From Bdellovibrionales bacterium (GTDB lineage: Bacteria > Bdellovibrionota > Bdellovibrionia > Bdellovibrionales > UBA1609), in contig JBFWVI010000005.1 in assembly GCA_050246815.1 (NCBI GenBank), positions 1-64,000 on the forward strand: a stretch of DNA of 64,000 nt. Reading direction: 5' to 3'. The notes below the pieces were generated by a model that saw only the letters and a program-made list of their open reading frames with translations, made no database searches and was not told the origin of the DNA. The position numbers and the translations under genes were made by a program. Positions 24,366 through 34,090 of this stretch are shown here, one piece after another; positions within the stretch are counted from its first letter, which is position 1, and each line of letters begins with the position of its first letter.

Positions 24366-25229
24366 ATGAAAATCTGGGCGGTCTTGCTTTTTTTTGCACC
24401 CATGGCATTTGCGGATATTGATGAGCTTCTGGAAAATTCTGACCTGCGTATTGTCGATGGCCGGCCGACGGTTGTCTTTAATAAGCAATATTATCAATCG
24501 ACACCAACCCCAAAAGACGGACGGCTGCAGGCGTGGTCCAGCAATCGCAATTATGCACTTGAAACAAGGCTTGAACAAAAATCGGCCACAGAAGTTTCTG
24601 AAATTGAACGTGATACCCGCACGCGCCAAATGGGCAACCCCAGAGCACCTACTCCCGTGCGCAGCACAACCTTCGAAATTTCAAAAGGCGAAGTCAAAAG
24701 CGCAACGGGCTGCGAGATGCTAAAAACTCAAACTTCCATTATTGATCAAAGACAACAAGATCCCAGCTTAGACCGCCAAAACCTTGAATGTTGGACGGTT
24801 ACGGCACAAGATTGCAAAGCTTTCCAAGACGCAAAGCTGCCGCTCTCCAATTTAAACACCCCTGAGTCCATAGTCGAAATTGCCCTGGTCAAAACTTGCC
24901 AAAGTATCGCCAAGGAAATGGCGGTGGCCCAAAACATGGTTTTTTCAAGTCTGAATAAAAATAAAGAGTCCACCCAGCAAAAATCTGGCTCAGCCACCGC
25001 CAGGCGTCTTTATGAAACCTATTTGAGCTCAGGAAAGGCTCAGGTGACTTACCAAGATCTTAAAACTCCGTCCGTGGCCGAAATGGTCAACAATCTAGCA
25101 GGTGTGCGCCTTTATGCACATGTGGCCCTGGCTTGCGATAAGATGCGCAGCTACAAACTTCCGCCACCTGCTGCCGCACCCAAGCAAAGTGCCCCCCAAG
25201 AAGACCGCCGCAAAGGTTTCTCAATTTAG
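24366..25229 (+). CDS. Secreted hypothetical protein, paralog A
   Basis: SD GAGGT before ATG 24366; signal peptide ending AFA|DID; clear similarity to the next ORF. Confidence 0.85.
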   Translation: MKIWAVLLFFAPMAFADIDELLENSDLRIVDGRPTVVFNKQYYQSTPTPKDGRLQAWSSNRNYALETRLEQKSATEVSEIERDTRTRQMGNPRAPTPVRSTTFEISKGEVKSATGCEMLKTQTSIIDQRQQDPSLDRQNLECWTVTAQDCKAFQDAKLPLSNLNTPESIVEIALVKTCQSIAKEMAVAQNMVFSSLNKNKESTQQKSGSATARRLYETYLSSGKAQVTYQDLKTPSVAEMVNNLAGVRLYAHVALACDKMRSYKLPPPAAAPKQSAPQEDRRKGFSI

Positions 25230-25242
25230 CTAAGGGGCACGA

Positions 25243-26145
25243 ATGAAAATCGCCTTAAGTTTTTTACTTTGGAGCTGCACATCATTTGCCGACATTGATC
25301 AGCTACTCAGCAATCCGGATCTTCGACTGTCAAGCGGCCAACCCAAAGTGGTTTACAACCCCGACGCCTATTCGTGGGATCAAAGCCCGAACGGCAACCG
25401 CCAACAGGTCTGGAGTAAAAACTCCCTTTATGTCATTGAAATGGAAACCAACAGACAAAAACCTGCCCATGTCACCGAACTTCGGCGCGATGTGACTCAA
25501 GTGATCTTAAAAATGAAAGATCCCAAAACGCCGGTGTTTGGCCAATCCTTTCAAATCGCCGACGGACGCGTGAAATCTGCCACGGGCTGCAATCTCACCA
25601 AGGCCGTTGCGGCACGCTCCGAAGAGCTGCCCCTCAAAAAAACCGAAAGCCAACCCGTCGATGCCCAGGATATGGAATGCTGGTCGGTCACAGAAGACGA
25701 CTGTGACCAGTTGTCTAAAATGAATATCCCGCTGAACGACTTAGGCTCCACCCCAGAACTCTATGCCGATCAGGTCGCCGACGGTGCCACATTGGCGACC
25801 TGTGTGGCCTTCATGGACCGGGTCAACAAGAGCCAAATTAAACTTTTCGATCGGATCGAAAAGAACAAAAGCTTCGGTGAACAAAAAAAGGCCGCCGCGA
25901 CGATCAAAAGAATTTATGAGGAGCGTATGGCCATGGGACGCCCACAAATTCGTGAAGAAGAGCTGGTTTTAAACACGGCAAGCTTTGGCGACGCCAGAGA
26001 CATGCTCAAAATCTACGGTCAAATCGTAAACGCCTGTGGGCATATGCGGGGCTATAAATTTCCAAAACTCGAGGATATGCCAGCGCTCAGAATACCCATT
26101 CGCCCACCACCCGCCACGGGCGGACGAAGCGGTTCGGCCTCTTAA
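25243..26145 (+). CDS. Secreted hypothetical protein, paralog B
   Basis: Signal peptide ending SFA|DID; shares DLR, VKSATGC and ECWxVT with paralog A. Confidence 0.85.
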   Translation: MKIALSFLLWSCTSFADIDQLLSNPDLRLSSGQPKVVYNPDAYSWDQSPNGNRQQVWSKNSLYVIEMETNRQKPAHVTELRRDVTQVILKMKDPKTPVFGQSFQIADGRVKSATGCNLTKAVAARSEELPLKKTESQPVDAQDMECWSVTEDDCDQLSKMNIPLNDLGSTPELYADQVADGATLATCVAFMDRVNKSQIKLFDRIEKNKSFGEQKKAAATIKRIYEERMAMGRPQIREEELVLNTASFGDARDMLKIYGQIVNACGHMRGYKFPKLEDMPALRIPIRPPPATGGRSGSAS

Positions 26146-26159
26146 ATTATTCTTTGTTA

Positions 26160-27896
26160 CTAAAGCATCTCGCGCAGTGCAGAAACAGCCTGCGCCACAG
26201 GCACTTTTCGCATCTCTTTGCTGCGACGAACGACCACTTCGACCTCGCCTGCGGCCAAACCGCGCGCACCGATGTTCACCCGTAGAGGCATGCCCAAAAG
26301 ATCGGCGTCTTTGAACTTCACACCCGGTCGCTCATCGCGATCATCCACCAGACATTCCACACCGTCTTTTGCCAGTTCGCCTTCGATCTTGTCCGCCAGC
26401 TCGGCGGCCGACTTGTCTTGCGGGTCCAGCAAACAAATATGCACCGCGTAGGGCGCGATCGAGGCCGGCCAAATCACACCATCTTTGTCGTGGGATTGTT
26501 CGATCACGGCCTGCACTGTGCGCGAAATGCCGATGCCATAGCAGCCCATCTCGATGGCTTCCAGGGCCCCGGTCGCATTTAAAAAATTGGCCTTCATCGC
26601 TTTGGAGTATTTTTGGCCCAAGTAGAAAATATGGCCCACTTCGATGCCACGGAAAACCTTTAAAATCCCACCGTCGGGAGCTTGATCGCCGGCTTTAGCC
26701 AAGCGCAGATCCGCCACAGCAGTCACATTAAAATCTTTGCCATGGTTTACATTGCGCCAGTGAAAGTCGTCTTTGTTGGCACCGACCACATAATTACGCA
26801 AAGGCTCCACACCTTTGTCCATGTAGATCGGGATTTTCAAACCCACTGGCCCGCAACTGCCGGGCTTCGCGCCTGTCACACCAAAGACCTCTTCGTCAGT
26901 CAAAAGCAAAGGCGGATTGGCCAACTTCAAAACATTCTTTAGCTTCACAGGATTGACTTCATCGCTGCCGCGCAAAAGCACCGCGATCGGCTTTGCCGCC
27001 TTAGGATCATCGCTGGCCGAGAAAAACATGGTTTTCACCAGTTCGTTTTCAGGCGTTTTTAAAGCTTTGCTCAAATCCACAATGGTCTTTAAACCTGGGG
27101 TGGCGAATTCTTCGCGCACCTTGGGAGTCGCGTTGCTGGCGTGGACTTCCGAGATTTTGCTCTCAGCACCTTTGGGGTCGGCGGCGGGGCAGATTTCGCT
27201 ATTGGCCGCGAATTCACCTTTGTCTGAAACCAACAGTTGGTCTTCGCCACTTTCTGCTAAGATATGAAATTCTTCCGACTGGTTGCCGCCGATATTGCCC
27301 GTATCGGCCTGCACGGTACGAAATTCGACGCCCAGACGTTTAAAAATCGCCGTGTAAGCCTCACGCATTAAGAAGTAACTCTTTTGCGCCTCCTCGAAGC
27401 TGCGATCGAAGGTATAGGCATCTTTCATGATAAATTCGCGGCCACGCATCAAGCCAAAGCGGGGACGGATCTCATCACGAAACTTGGTTTGTATCTGATA
27501 AACATTCACCGGCAAATCGCGGTAGCTTTTCACCTGCTGGCGCACAAAATCGGTGGTAACTTCCTCATGCGTCGCACCCAAACAAAAATCATGGCCGTTG
27601 CGGTTTTTCATTTTTTGCAGGCCAGCACCCATTTCGTTCCACCGGTTGGTTTCGTCCCAAAGCTCTCGGGGCTGCACCATAGGCATTAAAATTTCAACGC
27701 CACCGCGCTTGTTTAACTCGTCTCGAACGATGGCTTCGAACTTGCGGATGGCCTTTAAGGCCAGAGGGCCGTAGGTGAATATGCCAGGCGCCACCTTGCG
27801 GATGTATCCGCCACGCACCATTAAAATGTGGCTTGGAATTTCTGCGTCGGCGGGAACTTCTTTAAGAGTGAAGATAAAACTTTTTGACCATTTCAT
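26160..27896 (-). CDS. proS: Proline--tRNA ligase (with editing insertion)
   Basis: ATHEE, KFRDEIRPRFGLMRGREF, GIEVGHIF, MGCYGIG, GVKFKDADLLG. Confidence 0.98.
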   Translation of the reverse strand: MKWSKSFIFTLKEVPADAEIPSHILMVRGGYIRKVAPGIFTYGPLALKAIRKFEAIVRDELNKRGGVEILMPMVQPRELWDETNRWNEMGAGLQKMKNRNGHDFCLGATHEEVTTDFVRQQVKSYRDLPVNVYQIQTKFRDEIRPRFGLMRGREFIMKDAYTFDRSFEEAQKSYFLMREAYTAIFKRLGVEFRTVQADTGNIGGNQSEEFHILAESGEDQLLVSDKGEFAANSEICPAADPKGAESKISEVHASNATPKVREEFATPGLKTIVDLSKALKTPENELVKTMFFSASDDPKAAKPIAVLLRGSDEVNPVKLKNVLKLANPPLLLTDEEVFGVTGAKPGSCGPVGLKIPIYMDKGVEPLRNYVVGANKDDFHWRNVNHGKDFNVTAVADLRLAKAGDQAPDGGILKVFRGIEVGHIFYLGQKYSKAMKANFLNATGALEAIEMGCYGIGISRTVQAVIEQSHDKDGVIWPASIAPYAVHICLLDPQDKSAAELADKIEGELAKDGVECLVDDRDERPGVKFKDADLLGMPLRVNIGARGLAAGEVEVVVRRSKEMRKVPVAQAVSALREML

Positions 27897-27920
27897 CGAG
27901 GTGGCCCCTTGTTACCAAAC

Positions 27921-29285
27921 TTAGTTGATGTCCAAACCGTAAGATTTGATCTTGCGATGCAAATAACTGCGCTCAAGACCGATGGTCTCAGCGGTTTTGC
28001 TGATGTTGCCATGATTTTCATTGATCTTCTTAAGTAAAAATTCCTTCTCGAAGCGAGCTCGAGCCTCGCGAAAGGTCAACATTTCGCTTTCACCCGTGGC
28101 CACGTTGTCGACTAAGCCTGCAAACTTTAAATCGTGCACGTCCACAAAATCACCGGGAGTCAGAATGTACACCCGTTCAACAAAGTTGCGCAGCTCGCGG
28201 ACGTTGCCAGGCCAATTGTGGCGCTGTAAACGATCCAACGCCGAAGTCGAAAAAACTTTCGGACGATGGCCGCCCTCACGCGCGAACTGGTCACCGAAAA
28301 ATCCGACCAAAAGCGGCACATCTTCCGCACGCTCCCGCAAAGAGGGAACGACGAAGGGGATGACATTCAAGCGGTAATAAAGATCCTCGCGAAACCGACC
28401 CGCTTTGATCTCTTCGACCAAGTTTTTATTGGTGGCGGCGACCACGCGCACATCCACTTCAATATTTTGGTTCCCACCTACGCGTTGAAAAACGCGCTCT
28501 TGTAAGATTCGCAAAATTTTAGCCTGAGCCTCCAAGCTCATGTCACCAATTTCGTCCAGAAAGATAGTCCCACCATGGGCGTAATCAAATTTGCCTTTTT
28601 TGGCGCGATCGGCCCCCGTGAATGCACCCTTTTCATAACCAAACAATTCGCTTTCAATCAGTTCGCCAGGAATAGCCGCGCAATTGACTTCCACAAAGGC
28701 ACGCGAGGCACGAGGGCTTAAGTAGTGCATATTTTGTGCAACCAACTCTTTGCCTGTGCCATTTTCACCCGTGATGAGCACCCAACTTTGCGTCGGCGCC
28801 ACACGCGAGATCATCTGCTTCAAGTGGCGCATGGCGGGACCTTCACCCACCAAGGCAATATTTTTACGCAGTTTGTTCAAGAGCAGATTTTTTTCGCGCT
28901 GCTCGGTTTTGAAACTCAAAATATTTTGCAGCAGAATGCTGATGCGATCCATGGACAAAGGCTTTTCAACAAAATCCCAAGCACCCAGTTTCACCGCACG
29001 AACCGCTGTTTCGATCGTGCCGTGGCCCGACATAATAATAAATTGTGCCGGCACCGCGGCAGATCGGGCTTCGCGTAAAACGTCCAAACCATCCAACTCA
29101 CCGGGCATCCAAATATCCAACAACACCACATCGGGCTTGAACTCTTGCAGGGCTTGTAGACCGCTTTTGCCGTCGTTTGCCGTCTTGACTTCAAAACCAT
29201 CGTCAACAAGCGAGGCGGCCAACACCTGACAAATGGCAGTTTCGTCATCCACCACTAAAATCTTAGTTTTTACTGTCTCAGACAT
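27921..29285 (-). CDS. Sigma54-dependent response regulator (NtrX/NtrC family)
   Basis: Receiver domain (ILVVDD, LLDIWMP), GENGTGKE, GAFTGA, WPGNVREL, C-terminal Fis HTH. Confidence 0.93.
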   Translation of the reverse strand: MSETVKTKILVVDDETAICQVLAASLVDDGFEVKTANDGKSGLQALQEFKPDVVLLDIWMPGELDGLDVLREARSAAVPAQFIIMSGHGTIETAVRAVKLGAWDFVEKPLSMDRISILLQNILSFKTEQREKNLLLNKLRKNIALVGEGPAMRHLKQMISRVAPTQSWVLITGENGTGKELVAQNMHYLSPRASRAFVEVNCAAIPGELIESELFGYEKGAFTGADRAKKGKFDYAHGGTIFLDEIGDMSLEAQAKILRILQERVFQRVGGNQNIEVDVRVVAATNKNLVEEIKAGRFREDLYYRLNVIPFVVPSLRERAEDVPLLVGFFGDQFAREGGHRPKVFSTSALDRLQRHNWPGNVRELRNFVERVYILTPGDFVDVHDLKFAGLVDNVATGESEMLTFREARARFEKEFLLKKINENHGNISKTAETIGLERSYLHRKIKSYGLDIN

Positions 29286-31524
29286 CTTTCACCTCGCCAC
29301 TTAAATCATCGCTGGGTCGAATCAAGTGGTTTGAGGTCATAACCTCGACCACCGGCAGTTCGATCACAATCTTGGTCCCGCGCGGGCTGTTGGCCATGGC
29401 ACGGATAAAGCCGTGGTGATCCTCCACCGTTCGCTTGACGATGGCAAGTCCCAAACCAGTGCCATGAGCCTTGGTCGTGACATAGGGCTCGAATATACGT
29501 TCCCTTAAGGATGCCGGAATGCCCGCCCCCGAATCCGTGACTACGATCCTGACAATTCGAAGCGTCGGATCGTACTGGGTGCGCAAATCGATGCGTTTTT
29601 CAGGCTGCCCCGTCACCGCCGCGACCGCATTGTCCAAAAGATTGGTGATCACCCGTTTTAATTGCTCGGGGTCAAACTTGAATTCAGGCAGTTTCGCGTC
29701 GGCCTGGAATACAAATTCGCAATCACGATGCGCCTCGGTGAACAGCCTTAAAGCATCATCCAAAACTTTGTTTAGCTGCCCCATTTGCGGATTTGCTTTT
29801 GGCAGGCGGGCAAAATTGCTGAACTCGTTCACCAAATCCTTCAAGCTGTCCACCTGTTCGATGATCATGTTGGTGTTTTGCGTGAAGTCGGGATCTTGAA
29901 TCTGGCCAGAATATTTTTTTTGCAAGCGCTCCGCACACAATTTAATCGGGGTCAGCGGATTTTTAATTTCGTGGGCGATTCGACGTGCCACTTCGGTCCA
30001 GGCGGCGGCGCGCTGGGCGCGAAGTACGGGCGAAAGATCGTCAAAGGTTAAAACCTTGCCCACGTCGCGACCGCGATCATCGTAAAGCACCGACAAAGTC
30101 ATCTGCAACGGAATCTGCTGGCCGTTGACCGTGATCCGCACCTCTTTGCCGATCGATTGAGCGCGATGCTTTTTCATTCCACGCAATAGATCGTCGAAAA
30201 TTTCAAAATACTCTTTGCTCAACACATCTTTTGCAGGCCGCCCCACATAGACTTTGGGATCAAGCGCCAAGAGCTTCGCGGCGTGCAAGTTGATCATGGT
30301 GATGGTGCCCTGCTGATCCACCGACACCACTCCGGTGCTGACGTTTGAAACAACCACCTGCATATAGCGGGTTTGCTCATTTAAACGGGCCATGGTGGAT
30401 TGAAGACTTTGTTCCGATTGTTCGATGGTACCCGTCATCGAGTTAAAATTGGCGATCAACTGATTCAGCTCAGCTGATCCCGCCAGCATTTCAACCCGCT
30501 GATAATCACCGCGCGCCACTCGTTTGGTGGCTTTACCCAACTCTTCGATCGGGATCGAAAGCTGCTTGGCCAAATAAAAACCAAACCAAGTGGCACCAAG
30601 CAAAATCACTAAGGTCATCAACACAAGAATGACCAGATAGATTGACTTCACTGGGTATTCCAAAGGATTGGCATCGCGAAAGTCCTCGTAGGCAGAAGCG
30701 ATGTCATCCATTCGACTGATCAGTGACAGGGGTACAAAGCTTGACACCACCACTGCCCCTTGGCGATGGCCCACTTTGACCGGTACGATCACCCGCACCA
30801 AGTCCCCACCCTCAAAATGGTGAGTGGTGCTGGCCTCGGCTTTGTGCACAACCCCGCGTTGCAAAAATTCAAGGCTAACCGGCGGCACCATGGGCACTGA
30901 TTCCGATTTGGCCACCGACACCTGTCGCTTACCAAAAACACCGGGATAGTATTCAACAGCATCCAAACTGTACAAATTTCGAAGTTCATTCAAAGTCGAA
31001 GCCATTTGCGCTTCGGGTTTGTTTTTTAAGGAGTCCGCCACGCGCGAAGCAAAGTGATAGTTTTTCTTTTTGGCCGAGAGATAGTAAGCGTTGGTGACTT
31101 CCAGCGAGCTTTTTAAAACGCCCGCCATCTTTTCACTGAACCATTTGTCGAAGCTGTTGTTGATGTAAAATACTGACACCAAAAACATCAGCGTGGTGGG
31201 CACGAAGCTAAAAGTGACGAAGGCGGCGACCAATTTGCCTTTTAAAGTGCTGCCAAACAGGCCTTGGGGCCGTTCGGCGAACACTTTGACGACGTTGCGA
31301 AAAATTAAAAAGAACAAAAGCAAAAATAGGATGATATTGAAATTGACCAGCCCTAAAAAGAAGATCGAATGTTCAAAGGGCAAAGTCTGAGAAAAACCGA
31401 ACAGGCGCACTTCCAGCCACGTCAGCACCAAAAAAAGCACCGCCAGCGACAAGATCCAGACAATCTCGCGCCGGCGCTTTTTGACTTCTTGCTGGGCTTC
31501 GCCCGGCAGGTTTATGGAATTAAT
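29278..31524 (-). CDS. NtrY-like sensor histidine kinase (TM-HAMP-PAS-HisKA-HATPase); probable ATT start
   Basis: AWTEVARRIAHEIKNPLTPI, NLLDNA, GTGLGL; frame is open from ATT 31524 with SD AGGAG 6 nt upstream; ORF track starts at TTG 31452. Confidence 0.9.
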   Translation of the reverse strand: MNSINLPGEAQQEVKKRRREIVWILSLAVLFLVLTWLEVRLFGFSQTLPFEHSIFFLGLVNFNIILFLLLFFLIFRNVVKVFAERPQGLFGSTLKGKLVAAFVTFSFVPTTLMFLVSVFYINNSFDKWFSEKMAGVLKSSLEVTNAYYLSAKKKNYHFASRVADSLKNKPEAQMASTLNELRNLYSLDAVEYYPGVFGKRQVSVAKSESVPMVPPVSLEFLQRGVVHKAEASTTHHFEGGDLVRVIVPVKVGHRQGAVVVSSFVPLSLISRMDDIASAYEDFRDANPLEYPVKSIYLVILVLMTLVILLGATWFGFYLAKQLSIPIEELGKATKRVARGDYQRVEMLAGSAELNQLIANFNSMTGTIEQSEQSLQSTMARLNEQTRYMQVVVSNVSTGVVSVDQQGTITMINLHAAKLLALDPKVYVGRPAKDVLSKEYFEIFDDLLRGMKKHRAQSIGKEVRITVNGQQIPLQMTLSVLYDDRGRDVGKVLTFDDLSPVLRAQRAAAWTEVARRIAHEIKNPLTPIKLCAERLQKKYSGQIQDPDFTQNTNMIIEQVDSLKDLVNEFSNFARLPKANPQMGQLNKVLDDALRLFTEAHRDCEFVFQADAKLPEFKFDPEQLKRVITNLLDNAVAAVTGQPEKRIDLRTQYDPTLRIVRIVVTDSGAGIPASLRERIFEPYVTTKAHGTGLGLAIVKRTVEDHHGFIRAMANSPRGTKIVIELPVVEVMTSNHLIRPSDDLSGEVKDV

Positions 31525-31548
31525 ACGCCTCTCCTAGACGGGGCTTAC

Positions 31549-31788
31549 TTACTGTAGGGTCTGATACATGCTTTTGCCAACCTGAAAGGCCGGCCCACCT
31601 TTGTTGATCAGCGCCAGACAAATGGCTTTGGCCTGTTCATTTTCCAAAACCTGGCTGTCCTCTCCAATCACGCCGGAGCTCAGCATAGCCGAACGCAGCA
31701 TCAAACGAGCATTGTAAGTGCTGACTCTTTCGCTCAGCTTTAAATAGATATCATTGAGGGTCATGGGGTTAGCGGAAGAGCTGGTCAT
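31549..31788 (-). CDS. Small hypothetical protein (79 aa)
   Basis: SD AGGAG; fills the gap between ribH and the kinase gene; overlaps the ribH 3' end. Confidence 0.7.
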   Translation of the reverse strand: MTSSSANPMTLNDIYLKLSERVSTYNARLMLRSAMLSSGVIGEDSQVLENEQAKAICLALINKGGPAFQVGKSMYQTLQ

Positions 31789-32290
31789 CGAGGGACTCCT
31801 TGTGGTTTTGGGGATTGAGGGAACGAATTTTGGTTTCTAAATTCAACATTTCTAGGGCCACTTCCGCGGCATCACGGCCCTTGTGGCCATGTCTGCCGCC
31901 AATGCGCTCTCGGGCCTGCTCTTCATCGTCGGTGGTCAGCACGCCAAAAACGACAGGGCGGCCGGTTTCAAGCTGCAGAGTGGTTAAGCCTCGTTCAACC
32001 GCTTGGCAGACATAATCAAAATGAGCGGTCTCGCCACGAATCACGGCGCCCAGCCCGATCACAGCGGCACAGCCCTCTTCCAAAAGCCAACGCGCGGCCA
32101 GGGGAATTTCAAAGGCTCCGGGCACGCGGATTTGCACGATATTGCCTTTGACCAGGCCGGCCTCTTCTAAACGGGCGACGGCACCAGCTTCAAGGGGCTC
32201 TGTGATTTCCCGGTTAAAGCGCGAAGTCACCACTCCCACCACCAGATCACTGGACCACGTCACATCGCCTTGCATGATCGTGTTCGACAT
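31769..32290 (-). CDS. ribH: 6,7-dimethyl-8-ribityllumazine synthase
   Basis: SRFN, VPGAFEIP, GAVIRGETAHFDYVC, FGVLT. Confidence 0.97.
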   Translation of the reverse strand: MSNTIMQGDVTWSSDLVVGVVTSRFNREITEPLEAGAVARLEEAGLVKGNIVQIRVPGAFEIPLAARWLLEEGCAAVIGLGAVIRGETAHFDYVCQAVERGLTTLQLETGRPVVFGVLTTDDEEQARERIGGRHGHKGRDAAEVALEMLNLETKIRSLNPQNHKESLDDQLFR

Positions 32291-32291
32291 C

Positions 32292-33425
32292 TTAACACTC
32301 CAAACTGGGGTTTTGAGTTTCGGTTAATGCGGGACGGAAATTTTCCATAGGTAAAGTCATGGAATCCACATGCTCAAGGCCGTAGCCCTTAAGACCGACC
32401 CGCTTGGCCTGGCTATTGGTTAATAGACAAATCTTACTGAGGCCAAGGGCCCTTAGAATCTGCGCGCCCACGCCATAATCGCGCTCGTCCATGGGACGGC
32501 CCGCCTGATCAAGCGGCTGACTTAAAACTTCGTGATTGCGCAAATAGACCAAAACACCGCGTCCCGCTTGATCGATGGCCCGCATGGCCGCCGACAAAAA
32601 TTCGCTGCCCGGCACCAGCAAACTTTGAAAGACATCACCCATGACGGATTCCAGCTGCACGCGAACTAAAACCGGATCTGCGCCTGTGATATCGCCCTTG
32701 ACCAAAGCCAAATGCTCACGCCCATCCAAATGATTGCGAAACACGTGCAAATGGAATCCTTGGCCTAACTTGGTTGGAAAGCGTGTCGAGCTGACCTCTT
32801 CGACGAAAGTTTCCGTCTCAATGCGGTAATTGATCAACTCTTCAATCGTGCCGATTTTGATTTGGTGCTTTTGCGCAAAAGCCAAAAGCTCCGGCAGACG
32901 TGCCATCGAGCCATCGGGATTCATAATTTCACAAATGACTGCGGCCGGATTCAAACCGGCCAGCCGGGCCAAATCCACACTGGCTTCGGTGTGACCGGCG
33001 CGCTTTAAAACACCGCCCTCTTGGGCTCGCAATGGAAAAATATGACCAGGCACGATCACATCCGCCGACACCGCCGCAGGATTGGCGGCCACTTTGATGG
33101 TATGGGCACGATCAGCCGCTGAAATCCCGGTCGAAACCCCTTTGCTGGCTTCAATACTCACCGTGAACGCCGTGTGATTGGGTGAGCGATTGCTCTCGCC
33201 TTTCACCATCAACGGCAATTCAAGCTTGTCGATCTGCTGGGAGGTCAGGCTTAAGCAAATCAGGCCACGTGCTTCGCTGGCCATAAAATTCACGATTTGC
33301 GGAGTCACGTAATCTGCTGCGATAATAATATCGCCTTCGTTTTCACGGTCCTCGTCGTCAACCAAGATCACCATGCGGCCGTTACGAATATCTTCAATAA
33401 GGTCGGCAGCCGGACTGAGCTTCAT
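32292..33425 (-). CDS. ribB: DHBP synthase fused to a degenerate GTP cyclohydrolase II domain (RibBX type)
   Basis: DDEDRENEGD, TGISAADR, PGHIFPL, GHTEA; the C-terminal domain lacks the Zn-binding Cys residues. Confidence 0.92.
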   Translation of the reverse strand: MKLSPAADLIEDIRNGRMVILVDDEDRENEGDIIIAADYVTPQIVNFMASEARGLICLSLTSQQIDKLELPLMVKGESNRSPNHTAFTVSIEASKGVSTGISAADRAHTIKVAANPAAVSADVIVPGHIFPLRAQEGGVLKRAGHTEASVDLARLAGLNPAAVICEIMNPDGSMARLPELLAFAQKHQIKIGTIEELINYRIETETFVEEVSSTRFPTKLGQGFHLHVFRNHLDGREHLALVKGDITGADPVLVRVQLESVMGDVFQSLLVPGSEFLSAAMRAIDQAGRGVLVYLRNHEVLSQPLDQAGRPMDERDYGVGAQILRALGLSKICLLTNSQAKRVGLKGYGLEHVDSMTLPMENFRPALTETQNPSLEC

Positions 33426-34090
33426 GATAAAACCTCGGTTTGCGACCATTCGGCCGAAGCATCGCGGTTCACTTTGAACTTGGGCGCCAACTCAAAGCCC
33501 TTTTCATCCAGCCAGCGGGTTAAGCCGCGGGCCATCATGTCGGCCTCTAAAGTAACGCTGTCGCCGGTCTGCAATTCACCTAAATTGGTGCGCTTCAAAG
33601 TCTCGGGGATTAAGCCGACACTCAATTGTCCGCGCTCGACCTGATTGATCGTGAGGCTGACACCATTCACCGCAACACTGCCCTTGTGCCAAATCATGGT
33701 TTTTAATTTCTCTGGAAAAAGAATCTTTAATTTTAAATTTTCACCGACTTTTTCTGTCGCTAAAATTTTACCCATGGCATCAACATGGCCTGAAACCAAA
33801 TGACCGTGCACGCGATCACCAAAACGAAGCGATCGCTCGATGTTCATTTTTTGTTTATCAAGATTTGCCGCTGTCCAACCCGTCACTTGCAGGGTTTCTG
33901 CGCCCAACGCGAAGCTCATGGTCTGCGCGGTGAGGCTTTCAATTGTTAAACAAACTCCGTTCACCGCGACGCTGTCGCCAATTTTAAGGTCGGTGAAATT
34001 TTCAGGACGCTCCAAAGTCACGGCTAACACACCGGCCCGCTCAATTCGATCAAGCACGACAGCCTGGTTTTCAACAATTCCTGAAAACAT
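33422..34090 (-). CDS. ribE: Riboflavin synthase alpha chain
   Basis: MFSGIVE, GDSVAVNGVCLT, GHLVSGHVD, KGSVAVNGVSLT. Confidence 0.96.
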   Translation of the reverse strand: MFSGIVENQAVVLDRIERAGVLAVTLERPENFTDLKIGDSVAVNGVCLTIESLTAQTMSFALGAETLQVTGWTAANLDKQKMNIERSLRFGDRVHGHLVSGHVDAMGKILATEKVGENLKLKILFPEKLKTMIWHKGSVAVNGVSLTINQVERGQLSVGLIPETLKRTNLGELQTGDSVTLEADMMARGLTRWLDEKGFELAPKFKVNRDASAEWSQTEVLS

